A stretch of DNA of 64,000 bases. Source: Planctomycetota bacterium (GTDB lineage: Bacteria > Planctomycetota > UBA8108 > UBA1146 > JAJFFE01). Every line of letters starts with the position of its first letter. The stretch's first letter is position 1. The stretch spans positions 13,381-77,380 of the forward strand of contig JBFWWP010000024.1 in assembly GCA_050246115.1 (NCBI GenBank). The letters run 5' to 3'. This document shows, in pieces, positions 19,502-28,811 of the stretch. The position numbers and the translations under genes were made by a program. Under the pieces are notes generated by a model. That model was not told the origin of the DNA. It saw nothing but the letters and a program-made list of their open reading frames with translations, and did no database searches.

Positions 19502-21373
19502 TCACAGGATCGGCCTGCGGCCCAGTCGTGCCGGCCATCGCACCACCTCACCCCGCTCGACGGTCTCGAGCACGGTCTCCGTAAAGGAGTTGAGTGAGAC
19601 GTAACGCGAGAAGAACTGCTCGAGCACGAGCCCGAGCAGAAACACCCCGGAGCCCTCGAACGCTGCCTCTTCGCAGCGCAGCACGATCTCCAGTCCCCTC
19701 CCAAAGGCAATCGGTCCGCCCGTGGCCACCCTCCTGACCACCGGGCTCGATCGCACGCTCTTCACGCCGTCGATCTGCTTGCGGACCGGCGCCTCGGCCA
19801 CGTTCCCGTACAGCATGAGCAGGTCGCGCAACGCCACCGCTCCGAGTTGCGGGTCGTTGTCGACGAGCGAGAGGTAGTTGAGGGACAGGTGACTGATCAG
19901 GCGCCACGCGACCTCACCCTCGGCAAACGATGCTCGTGGTCGCGTCGGTCCGTTCAAGCAACGCACCGCCTTCACGGGCGCCCCGGACTCCATGGACAAG
20001 TCCGTCCGGCCCTGACCCACCGCCATCTGCAGGGGCAAGTCGCGGTTCGTGCACAACGTCGTCAGGGAAAGTTGACGCAGTTCCGTGGAGTAGGGCGCTT
20101 CCCGGGTATCCACGAGTGAGACGAACACCTCGCTGCCAATGTAGGTGGACCGCAACGCCCCTTTGCGCTGCTTGGCCGACAGCATGCGGGGTATCCGACT
20201 CGCCACATAGTAGGCACGCTCGTCCGCGGACTCATCGAAATCGTTGGCGGCGTAGAACGGCAAGAACGCGCGTTCCTGGTCGGCACTGGTTCCGTGCCCA
20301 GTGACACTCTGCACTTGATAGACCTCGAAGTCGATCGGACGCGTACGATCCGGGACGACATGAAACTCGGTCTGCCGCTCCGACACGTGGATTCGGTCCG
20401 TGCGTTTCGGAAAGAGATTGATCACCGGGGAGCAGAACAAGGCGAACTGCTCGGTGCTCACTGCGTTCTCGAGCCGTGGATCCAAGCGATCGAATAGAAC
20501 GATGAGCTCGAGTTCGCTCTCGTTGCAGCGACTCACGGCCGGGGCGAGTCCGCGGAACTGAACGAAGAGAAACCGCTCCGGAAACGCGAAGTACTCGTGC
20601 AGCAAGCGGTAGGCGCGAAACGAACGCGACGCCGCCGGCAGCAACGCATCTTCATCTTCGAATCCAACGGGTCGGATGGGCGCCGTCGTGATGACCTCCT
20701 GCCACGACTTCGACCTCGAAGTCGGCCGCACCACGACCGCCTTGGCGTTGACGAGGAGCTGCTCGTAGAGGTGCATCGCTTGTTCGCCCGCGCCGCGCAG
20801 ATAGAGCACGAGATTCTCGAGCGCGAGGTCGCTGAACTTGGTTCCGGCCGTACAGCGCAGGCGGAGGCGCAGACCGGAGCGAACCCCTTGCAGGCCCTGC
20901 ACCTCAACCGAGGCGACGTCGCGCGACGTGTACTCCGCGGAGACGAACTCGAGCGGCCACAAATCCACCGCGTGGGCCGTTCGGTACTCGCACGGCGTCT
21001 GGTCGCCCTTTCCCAGCACACTGCGCAGCACGCTCCCGCGCTCGATGCGAAAGCCGTCCTTCAGCGACCCCTCGTTCAGATCGGCCTGGAACTGCACCAC
21101 GGCCATCGACGGAGTCGGGGCGAGGTACTCCGGGTAGATGATCTCCAGCAGATTCTGGGTGAAGCGCGGGAACTCGGCATCTTGGCGTAGTTGAATCCGG
21201 GCGGCGAGGAACGCGAACCCCTCGAGAAGCCGCTCGACATAAGGGTCGGCACACTCGAAGCCCTCGAGCCCCAGACGCCCCGCGATCTTGGGGTACTCCT
21301 TCGCGAACTCGCCCCCCATTTCCCGGAGGTGGCGCAGCTCCCGGTCGTAGTAGCGAAGAAGGCGCGGATCCAC
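19502..21373 (-). CDS. tssF: T6SS baseplate subunit TssF
   Basis: The N-terminus MDPRLLRYYDRELRHLREMGGEFAKEYPKIAGRLGL is diagnostic. GTG start. Confidence 0.95.
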   Translation of the reverse strand: MDPRLLRYYDRELRHLREMGGEFAKEYPKIAGRLGLEGFECADPYVERLLEGFAFLAARIQLRQDAEFPRFTQNLLEIIYPEYLAPTPSMAVVQFQADLNEGSLKDGFRIERGSVLRSVLGKGDQTPCEYRTAHAVDLWPLEFVSAEYTSRDVASVEVQGLQGVRSGLRLRLRCTAGTKFSDLALENLVLYLRGAGEQAMHLYEQLLVNAKAVVVRPTSRSKSWQEVITTAPIRPVGFEDEDALLPAASRSFRAYRLLHEYFAFPERFLFVQFRGLAPAVSRCNESELELIVLFDRLDPRLENAVSTEQFALFCSPVINLFPKRTDRIHVSERQTEFHVVPDRTRPIDFEVYQVQSVTGHGTSADQERAFLPFYAANDFDESADERAYYVASRIPRMLSAKQRKGALRSTYIGSEVFVSLVDTREAPYSTELRQLSLTTLCTNRDLPLQMAVGQGRTDLSMESGAPVKAVRCLNGPTRPRASFAEGEVAWRLISHLSLNYLSLVDNDPQLGAVALRDLLMLYGNVAEAPVRKQIDGVKSVRSSPVVRRVATGGPIAFGRGLEIVLRCEEAAFEGSGVFLLGLVLEQFFSRYVSLNSFTETVLETVERGEVVRWPARLGRRPIL

Positions 21374-21488
21374 TACTGCTCGGTTTCGTCGGTTCGCCGG
21401 ACCTGGCGGCGACGCGCCACGTACGGAGCGAAGTCGGTTTCTCGCGGGCTCGACCGTCGCGAAACCGCGACCCGCACAGCGAGGTACA

Positions 21489-22022
21489 CTAGGACGCCCC
21501 CCGCCCCGTGTGATCCTCGAGACTGATGTTGCCCGTCTCGAGGTCGAGTTGGGTCTTCAGGAACACGCGCTCCGACAGCGGCTGCGCCCAGAGTTCGCCT
21601 TCGATCTCGATCATCATCGCGTTGCGCCCCATGTCACCGTGGGCAACGTGCACGCGAACGTTCAACGTGCGCGGCACGAGCCGAGGCTCGAAGTTCAAGA
21701 GCACCCTCTTCAAAGCCGCCTCGATGGCCACGGGGTCGCTCCCAGAAAGCGTTCGACCGGCGAGATCGGGCATGCCGTAGTTGAGGACCGAACTCCTCAC
21801 GTCAGGGTAGTGATCGAGTTCGTTGGTTTGGTCAGCCTTGGGAGTCGCGGCCAGATTCGTGGTGTTCAGCAGCCAGACGAGATCCCGCAGCACGCCGGCT
21901 CGCATCTGCCGAACGGAGAGCACCCGGCGCTCCCGCGGCTCCTGCGTCTTGTCCGGTTCATCGTCGAGCAGCCGATCGAGGAGCGAGGGCTGAAGGCGCT
22001 CCTGAGGCGTCAGTTCAGCCAT
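21489..22022 (-). CDS. tssE: T6SS baseplate subunit TssE (gp25-like)
   Basis: From ATG 22020-22022: MAELTPQERLQPSLLDRLLDDEP...VLRDLVWLLNT. The upstream track-ORF extension overlaps tagJ. Confidence 0.9.
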   Translation of the reverse strand: MAELTPQERLQPSLLDRLLDDEPDKTQEPRERRVLSVRQMRAGVLRDLVWLLNTTNLAATPKADQTNELDHYPDVRSSVLNYGMPDLAGRTLSGSDPVAIEAALKRVLLNFEPRLVPRTLNVRVHVAHGDMGRNAMMIEIEGELWAQPLSERVFLKTQLDLETGNISLEDHTGRGAS

Positions 22023-22899
22023 CGATCCCCTCGTTGGCCTCGGCGTTGGTCGGCGGATTGTGCAGTTCGATCGTTCGTAGGTCCATGAGCGGGAACTCAC
22101 CCGACTCGGTGGCGAGCATTCGCTGACCCAGTCCGTGAAACACGCCCTCGCCCACTTCGAGCCAATCCGTGCGGCGCGCGAGCCGCAGTAGACCCTCGGG
22201 CTGCGACTCCGACCCGGGGTAGCGGGTAGGAACGAGCCCAACCACAGTGCCGCCGTTGACCCACGTGAATCGGGCCGGAGTCCAGACCGCATCGCGCAAG
22301 TCCGTTGGCGCCTCGAACTCGATGCGGTGGATCCGTTCGAACGGGATCCAGTAGTACTTCCCGTTTACCACCGCCTCGAGAACCGGCCCCAGACGCATGT
22401 CGGCGTCGGCGATCCACTCGAACTCCACACGGCGAGGTGCGCTGCTCGCCTCGTCACCGGGATCCACGACGGTCAGCGCGCCCGCAGATGGCGCCGCGGC
22501 CTCGAGAGCTCCTTCGCGCACCCGCTGCGCTTCCCCGTGGCGACCCGCGACCGTCAAAGCCAGCGCTTGATTCACCAACGCCATCCACTCGGCAGGCTGA
22601 CCGAAGAAGACCGGCGTCCGACGACCCGCGAAGACCTCGGCACGAAACGCCTCGCAGGCGATCGCCTCCTGATAGGTCTGGGCCATCACCAAGGTGCTCG
22701 CGTCCATCTCCCGACAGACGTTCAGCTGATTGAGAGCCCGGTCCCACTGCCCGGCCACACACAGCAGTTGGAACAAGAAGATGCGGTGCTTGACGACCGC
22801 CGGCTGCTCTCGGACCTGCGCCTGAAGCGCCGCCAAGGCCTCGTCCACTTTCCCTTGGTGCAGGAACTCCGTTGGACTTGCGGACACATGGCCCCCCAT
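22015..22899 (-). CDS. tagJ: T6SS accessory protein TagJ (ImpE family)
   Basis: RIFLFQLLCVAGQWDRALNQLNV and FEWIADADMRLGPVLEAVVNGKYYWIPFERIHRIEFEAPTDLRD...TRYPGSE. ATG 22897-22899. Confidence 0.85.
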   Translation of the reverse strand: MGGHVSASPTEFLHQGKVDEALAALQAQVREQPAVVKHRIFLFQLLCVAGQWDRALNQLNVCREMDASTLVMAQTYQEAIACEAFRAEVFAGRRTPVFFGQPAEWMALVNQALALTVAGRHGEAQRVREGALEAAAPSAGALTVVDPGDEASSAPRRVEFEWIADADMRLGPVLEAVVNGKYYWIPFERIHRIEFEAPTDLRDAVWTPARFTWVNGGTVVGLVPTRYPGSESQPEGLLRLARRTDWLEVGEGVFHGLGQRMLATESGEFPLMDLRTIELHNPPTNAEANEGIDG

Positions 22900-23133
22900 C
22901 CTGGAACGGCGTCCGCGACTGGACACCCTCGAGTTTCGCATGCGCTACGGCAGCCGCGGTACTGTGCTCGAGTCGGTCGAACGCGGTTTACGAGCGCGTC
23001 CGAGGTTGCGGCGTTCGTTACAGCCCACGTCCTACTTTGCACTCAAAGCCAGGAGCCCGACGGCTCTTCACAGGCCGTCGAGTTCCTGGCTCTCATCGAA
23101 GCGTTGTCGAAATCGCCCGTACCCGTGCGCCGC

Positions 23134-23619
23134 TTAGGCGTCGGCGTTGGCCGCGATGTCCCACGAGAAGACCTTCTCGGGCCCGCCGGAGCCGTCCGGC
23201 TTCTGCTCCTTGTACTTCACCGCGACCTCGGCGAAGTTCAGAATGATGTTCTCGGTCAACTTGTCTTCCCCGCCGCTGCCGCCCGTGCTCACTGCGGTGA
23301 CCATGACCTTCTTCATCTCGATCACCAGATACTCCAAAGGTACCTTGCCAGCCTTGCGCACCACGAGCTTCGCGGACTCGAAGTGATCGCCGTTCGCACA
23401 GAAGAGCTGCAACACGGTCGTGGCGTTGTCGACCCACTTGGTGATCGAAATGTCTTGGAAGCTGGCCTTGCCGGATCCGCCGCCGCCACCGGTGTGGAAC
23501 GACCCCGAGTTGGACATGCCCCAGCTCCACGCGAGGACGTCGATCGCCCCCTTGTAAGTCTTGTCCTGGGACTCGCCGCTGATCTTGCCCTCGATGACGA
23601 GGAACATATCGACTGCCAT
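23134..23619 (-). CDS. hcp: T6SS tube protein Hcp (TssD)
   Basis: MAVDMFLVIEGKISGESQDKTYKGAIDVLAWSWGMSNSG... 161 aa. Confidence 0.95.
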   Translation of the reverse strand: MAVDMFLVIEGKISGESQDKTYKGAIDVLAWSWGMSNSGSFHTGGGGGSGKASFQDISITKWVDNATTVLQLFCANGDHFESAKLVVRKAGKVPLEYLVIEMKKVMVTAVSTGGSGGEDKLTENIILNFAEVAVKYKEQKPDGSGGPEKVFSWDIAANADA

Positions 23620-23756
23620 GGCCGGTTTTCCTTTCCGAGGAAGGGCCGATGTTCACGCCCCTACCCAAAACTACGTTTCGCTCAGCCCCGCTCGACAGGC
23701 CCGGCCCTGCCGGACCCGGCGGGGAACCGCCCCCGCCCTCCACGACACGCGCTTCC

Positions 23757-23772
23757 GTGCACGCGCGTCGCC
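23757..23772 (-). promoter_or_regulatory. candidate sigma-54 promoter upstream of hcp
   Basis: The minus strand reads CTGGCGACGCGCGTGCAC. This gives TGGC-N8-TGCA with GG-N10-GC spacing exact, about 140 nt upstream of the hcp ATG. Confidence 0.35.
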
Positions 23773-23886
23773 AGGCCAAAGCACATGTCCTAAGTCACTT
23801 CACTCGAACGACTAAGCGCGAGCCACCGAACGAGCGCGGGTGTCGCGCGCCCAGAATTCGGACACTCCGCCAGTCCATCTCGTCGG

Positions 23887-25383
23887 CTACCCGCCCTTGG
23901 CGGAAGGCAGCTTCGAGACCAAACGCAGCGAGACCGTGAGCCCCTCGAGCTGGTAGTGGGGACGAAGGAAAAACCGTGAGGTGTAGTAGCCCGGATTCCC
24001 CTCGACTTCCTCGACGACCACTTCGGCCGCGGCCAACGGCTTCTTCGCCTTGGTCGTCTCCGACGAGTTGGCGGGATCCCCGTCGACGTAGTTGTTGATC
24101 CACTTCTGGAGCCACGCTTGCATGTCGGCGCGCTCCTTGAAGGAGCCGATCTTGTCGCGAACGATGCACTTCAGATAGTGCGCAAAGCGACAACTCGCGA
24201 ACAGGTACGGCAGACGTGCTGCGAGGTTCGCATTGGCCGTGGCGTCGGGATCATCGTACTCCGCCGGCTTCTGAACCGATTGGGCGCCGATGAACGCGGC
24301 GAAGTCGCTGTTCTTCTTGTGAATCAGCGGCATGAAACCGTTCTTCGCGAGTTCTGCCTCTCGGCGATCCGTAATCGCGATCTCGGTGGGACACTTCATG
24401 TCCACCCCGCCGTCGTCGGTGGGGAAGGTATGCGTCGGCAGCCCTTCGACGGCGCCGCCCGACTCGATGCCGCGAATCCGCGTACACCAGCCGTACATCT
24501 TGAACGCGCGGTTGACGTTCACCGCCATGGCGTACGCCGAGTTCGACCACGTGTAGTTGTTGTGGTCGCCGCCGACTTCCTCCTCGAAGTCGAACTCTTC
24601 GACCGGTGCCGTCTTCGCACCGTAGGGCAGTCGCGCCAGGAAGCGCGGCATGGCGAGCCCCAAGTAGCGCGAGTCTTCGGACTCGCGCAACGACCGCCAC
24701 GCAGCGTACTCCGGAGTCTGGAAGATCTTGGTCAGATCCCGCGGCCCACTCAGCTCGTTCCACGAATCCATGTTCATGACCGTTGGCGCCGCGCCGGCCA
24801 GGAAGGGGCAGTGCGAAGCAGCGCTCACCTGCGCCATCTCCGACAGTAGTTCTACATCCGGTGGAGTGTGGTCGAAGTGATAGTCCCCGACCAAGCACCC
24901 AAAGGGCTCGCCGCCGAACGTACCGTACTCGTTCTCGTACACCATCCGGAAGATGGGGCTCTGATCCCAGGCGGTACCCTTGAACTTCTTCAGGGTCTTG
25001 CCGAGATCCTTCTTCGAGATGTTGAGCACGCGGATCTTCAGCATCTCGTCGGTCTCGGTGTTGTTCACCAAGTGGTGAAGCCCGCGCCAGGCCCCCTCGA
25101 GTTTCTGGAACTCCGCGTTGTGCAGAATCTGATTCACCTGTTCGGTGAGCTTCTGGTCGATCGCCGCGATCATGGCCTCGATGGTCTTGACCGCATCGGT
25201 GGAGACGAGCTCACTCCGGTCCAGCACTTGCGAGGCGAGGGTGGCGACCGCTGCCTGCACCGCTTCCTGAGCGCGATCGGACTTGGGCTTGAACTCCTTC
25301 TTCAGGAGTGAGGCGAACTCGTCCTTCTCGATCGTGACCGCTTCGCCTTGCTGCTGCTGTTGCTGTGGATTTTCTTGTGCCAT
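23887..25383 (-). CDS. tssC: T6SS contractile sheath large subunit TssC
   Basis: 498 aa. [28 protein letters not shown]-terminal [27 protein letters not shown]. Confidence 0.97.
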   Translation of the reverse strand: MAQENPQQQQQQGEAVTIEKDEFASLLKKEFKPKSDRAQEAVQAAVATLASQVLDRSELVSTDAVKTIEAMIAAIDQKLTEQVNQILHNAEFQKLEGAWRGLHHLVNNTETDEMLKIRVLNISKKDLGKTLKKFKGTAWDQSPIFRMVYENEYGTFGGEPFGCLVGDYHFDHTPPDVELLSEMAQVSAASHCPFLAGAAPTVMNMDSWNELSGPRDLTKIFQTPEYAAWRSLRESEDSRYLGLAMPRFLARLPYGAKTAPVEEFDFEEEVGGDHNNYTWSNSAYAMAVNVNRAFKMYGWCTRIRGIESGGAVEGLPTHTFPTDDGGVDMKCPTEIAITDRREAELAKNGFMPLIHKKNSDFAAFIGAQSVQKPAEYDDPDATANANLAARLPYLFASCRFAHYLKCIVRDKIGSFKERADMQAWLQKWINNYVDGDPANSSETTKAKKPLAAAEVVVEEVEGNPGYYTSRFFLRPHYQLEGLTVSLRLVSKLPSAKGG

Positions 25384-25392
25384 CGATTCCTC

Positions 25393-25911
25393 CTACGCCG
25401 GGGCGTCGCCGGACTCTTCGGGTTTCGGGGCCGCAACCAAAGACTGCAGTAGGGTCGGATCTTTGATCGCCCGCGAAATCAGTTCCTCAGCCCCGGTCTT
25501 CCCGTCCATGTAGGTGAGTAGGTTCGAGAGCTGGGTTCGCGCATCGAGCAACTTGCTGAGCGCGCCCACCTTCCGAGCAACCGCCGCCGGCGAGAAGTCG
25601 TCCATGCTTTCGAAGGTCAAGTCCACCGCCAGCTCACCCTCGCCAGTGAGCGTGTTGGGCACCCGGAACGACACTCGCGGTTTCATGGATTTGAGGCGCT
25701 CGTCGAAATTGTCGACGTCGATCTCGAGGAACTTCCGGTCCGCGACCGCCGGCAGCGCCTCCTCCGGGTTGCCCGACAAGTCTGCGAGCACGCCCATGAC
25801 GAAGGGCAGCTGGACCTTCTTCTCGGCGCCATACACCTCGACGTCGTACTCGATCTGTACGCGCGGCGCGCGATTGCGTGCCACGAACTTCTGACTACTC
25901 TGCTTGGCCAA
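25393..25911 (-). CDS. tssB: T6SS contractile sheath small subunit TssB
   Basis: AKQSSQKFVARNRAPRVQIEYDVEVYGAEKKVQLPFVMGVLADLSG, IDVDNFDERL. TTG start at 25909-25911. Confidence 0.93.
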   Translation of the reverse strand: MAKQSSQKFVARNRAPRVQIEYDVEVYGAEKKVQLPFVMGVLADLSGNPEEALPAVADRKFLEIDVDNFDERLKSMKPRVSFRVPNTLTGEGELAVDLTFESMDDFSPAAVARKVGALSKLLDARTQLSNLLTYMDGKTGAEELISRAIKDPTLLQSLVAAPKPEESGDAPA

Positions 25912-26130
25912 GGCAACCCCCTAGGGTCTGGGGCCCGCCGTTGGGCCCGGTGGTGATGACGGTAGCAGCAACCGGAGCTTTGCGAGCCAGTCGGACTCGC
26001 CCAAAATCCCTTGGACGGAACCGGTCCGCGCAACTCCCAACCTTTGGACGAATCGAACTCGAGCAGCATCCGCGACCATCGGACGGAACTGGCCCCGCCC
26101 CCCCTCACACCAGAGCGGCCGGACACCGAA

Positions 26131-27201
26131 TCATCCGCCCTCGCCGGGTCCATGTCCACGGATTATCTGGGCTTGTGGCAATCCGTCGGGCGCGAGGTCC
26201 GACAGGATGTCCATGAAGTTCTTGGATACCAACCCTTTGGCTCGACGGAGCAGGATCGGGACCGGACTCGATGGTTCGCTGCGTTCGAAGTATGTGCAAA
26301 TCTGATCCAACAGCCGGACCACATCTTCGCGGCTCGTGATCTCGCCCGTCACTCGCTGAACCGGCGCGCCAGCGCGAACCCCAGCTCCCTGCGGGCCGGC
26401 CTCGCCCCCAGCGCCGTCACCGACAGCAGCCGCGAGGTCTCCGCCGCCGACACCGCGCCGGGCCAGGCGCTCCACCACGACCTTCTCGGCCGCCGCGAGC
26501 GCGCGCGCCAGAGAATCGAAGCTGATGGCCCGCCCCCCGCCGACCTGCGCGGTGAGCTGGGCCTCGAGGTCCTTCACTTGTCCCCGAGCCCCCGCGAGCG
26601 CCGCGCGTGTTTGCTCCAAGGAATCGAGGTCTCCGTCCATGAACGCCGCGTCGATCATCGCCATCGTGGGCGGCTCGGCCGGCGCCGGCGGGGGTGGCAG
26701 CTCGCCACTGGCGACCTGCACGTGAACCATGGCAAAGCTGCCGAGCCCACGGCTCGACACCAAGGGGGCGCGCTGGACCGCGTCGAGGGTAGCCTCTCGG
26801 TCCGCGAGGGCCCCCAGGATGTTCACTCGCATTGTTGGATCCAGCTGATCGTCAGGATCGAGCTCGGGGTGCACCGTACTCCAGAAGTCGGCGACCAATC
26901 GCACCACCAGCGCCAAGCCGCGCTCCAACCCCTTGAAACCGTCGGTGTGGATGAGGGCTCGCGTCAGATACACGGCGGCGCGCAGGTCCTTGCTGCGGCC
27001 GAGAACCTCGATGGCCTGTTGCTTGACGACGCGCCAATCCGGTGGCACGGCTTCGATCTTCTGCTCCCCCATGACCCGCTCCGGCTGACCCTGCGCTGCC
27101 TGCTCCATGGCCGTGAACGCGGGGTCGTACTCGAGATTGGTTCCGCTCGGGGCGTCGCCACTCACCGGCAGCAGCAATTTGTCGACGTCGATCACGCTCA
27201 T
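26131..27201 (-). CDS. tssA: T6SS protein TssA (ImpA N-terminal domain)
   Basis: LLLPVSGDAPSGTNLEYDPAFTAMEQAA...PPDWRVVKQQAIEVLGRSKDLRAAVYLTRAL. Confidence 0.87.
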   Translation of the reverse strand: MSVIDVDKLLLPVSGDAPSGTNLEYDPAFTAMEQAAQGQPERVMGEQKIEAVPPDWRVVKQQAIEVLGRSKDLRAAVYLTRALIHTDGFKGLERGLALVVRLVADFWSTVHPELDPDDQLDPTMRVNILGALADREATLDAVQRAPLVSSRGLGSFAMVHVQVASGELPPPPAPAEPPTMAMIDAAFMDGDLDSLEQTRAALAGARGQVKDLEAQLTAQVGGGRAISFDSLARALAAAEKVVVERLARRGVGGGDLAAAVGDGAGGEAGPQGAGVRAGAPVQRVTGEITSREDVVRLLDQICTYFERSEPSSPVPILLRRAKGLVSKNFMDILSDLAPDGLPQAQIIRGHGPGEGG

Positions 27202-27202
27202 A

Positions 27203-27802
27203 TCATGCTCCCCCGAGGATCTGCTCGTTCATCGTCTCGAGCCCGAGCTTCTCCACGTAGTGAATGTAGCAGGTCGGTTGATACAACTCTTCGGCCCCGA
27301 GCTGCTTGCTCGGCCCCGCCAGTGTCGCCTGCCCGCCCAGAGACTTCAGGTTGAAGATCGCTTTCCGATTGCAGAACGCACAGGTCGTCTTGACCTCTTC
27401 GACCGTGTCCGCCAGTTCGATCAAACGACGGCTCCCGGGAAACAGATGCGTTCGGAAGTCTGTCCGCAGGCCGTAGCAGATGACGGGAATGTCGAGCTTA
27501 CGCGTCACTTCACGCAATTGATCGACGACGCTGGGCGAGAGGAACTGCGCTTCGTCGACCAACACGCACTGACTGCCCGAGATCCGGTCGAGATCGAGCT
27601 GGGTGTCGTCCTGCACCGTGATGTGAGCGGCGCGGCTGAGGCCCGCGCGCGAGACCACTTCGTCGGCACCGAAACGAGTGTCGAAGCTCGGCTTGATCAC
27701 GACGCAGGCCTTGCCCTGGCGCTCATAGTTATGAGCCACGGCCAGCAGGTTGAGGGTCTTGGCGCTGCCCACGGTTCCATAACGAAAGTAGAGTTTGGCC
27801 AT
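27203..27802 (-). CDS. tdk: thymidine kinase (type II, E. coli Tdk-like)
   Basis: MAKLYFRYGTVGSAKT, CVLVDEAQFL, DIPVICYGLRTDFR, and C-terminal CAFCNRKA...CYIHY zinc-ribbon-like segment. Its stop lies 1 nt before the tssA ATG. Confidence 0.9.
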   Translation of the reverse strand: MAKLYFRYGTVGSAKTLNLLAVAHNYERQGKACVVIKPSFDTRFGADEVVSRAGLSRAAHITVQDDTQLDLDRISGSQCVLVDEAQFLSPSVVDQLREVTRKLDIPVICYGLRTDFRTHLFPGSRRLIELADTVEEVKTTCAFCNRKAIFNLKSLGGQATLAGPSKQLGAEELYQPTCYIHYVEKLGLETMNEQILGGA

Positions 27803-27842
27803 GATTGCCCATCCCTATCGCGACGGGCGGCGCTACGGTGCG

Positions 27843-28811
27843 CTACCGGTCGATTTCGAACTCGAGCACCGCCCCGACCGAAGCGCCTGGCTGAAACGGG
27901 CCCGACTCGATCCGCCGCCGGAAGTCCCCGAAGCCATCGATCGGCAGCTTGCCCTTGCCGCGTACCAGATCACAAACGGAGCCGTCGGGGAACTCCCCGC
28001 CTAGAGAAGCCGCGAAGTCTTCAGCACCCGGCACGCGGTAAACGAGGTCGACAGTGGTCGCCCGTCCCGCCATGGGCGCACACCACACCGTCGGCAAAGC
28101 CGAGAAAGACGGGTGCAGTTTGCGCAAGACCTCGATCCACAGGTCGACCTCGCGGGCACACGAAGTCGCGTCGCCCGTCACGGGGACGCGCGCCGCGCGC
28201 AGCACCGGCCCCGGCGCTGCATTCGCGAAGTGCCGCACCCACGATCGCAGCCGCCATAGACCCCGCACCCACAGGTCGGGCGCGTCCTGGGCGTACAAGC
28301 GATCGACCCAAGTGGCCGCCGGTGAAGTCCGGAACTCCCGCGCACGCGCCTCGACCGCCGAGTCGGAGTCGGGCTCGCCCTGTAACACCGATCCGCGAAT
28401 CTGTTCGTAGAAACTGTCCGGGCTCGGACACCGGCGCAGTTCGGCGAGGCGCGTCTCGAGTGCGCCCCACAGCGGCTCCAAGCGAGTCGTCGAGCCGTGG
28501 AGACCGAGATCGGCCCGCGCCAACGTGACGAACACCGCGAACGGAAACCGGCGCGTACCACTCGCGTCGTGGCTATCGACCACGCACGCGACAATGACCT
28601 GAGCGCCGCCCGGGCTCGTGAACGTCCAACGCCGCGTGCGTTCATCGTGCCCCGGGAGCGCATCGCGCGCCGACGCGAAGTCGTTGCCGGCGTCCAGCCA
28701 CTGCTTGAACTGCAGGGGCAGGCCGTCGTAACACCCATGGCGCAAGAACTCCTTGGACAGCGAGAGCTTGCCGTAGGCCCCCAAATCGTAGGATTTCAAC
28801 GCGTCGCCCAT
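27843..28811 (-). CDS. tagF: T6SS-associated protein TagF (ImpM/DUF2094-like)
   Basis: From ATG 28809-28811: MGDALKSYDLGAYGKLSLSKEFLRHG, resembling the GFYGKLP..GDF start of TagF. It sits directly after tssM (16-nt overlap). Confidence 0.72.
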   Translation of the reverse strand: MGDALKSYDLGAYGKLSLSKEFLRHGCYDGLPLQFKQWLDAGNDFASARDALPGHDERTRRWTFTSPGGAQVIVACVVDSHDASGTRRFPFAVFVTLARADLGLHGSTTRLEPLWGALETRLAELRRCPSPDSFYEQIRGSVLQGEPDSDSAVEARAREFRTSPAATWVDRLYAQDAPDLWVRGLWRLRSWVRHFANAAPGPVLRAARVPVTGDATSCAREVDLWIEVLRKLHPSFSALPTVWCAPMAGRATTVDLVYRVPGAEDFAASLGGEFPDGSVCDLVRGKGKLPIDGFGDFRRRIESGPFQPGASVGAVLEFEIDR

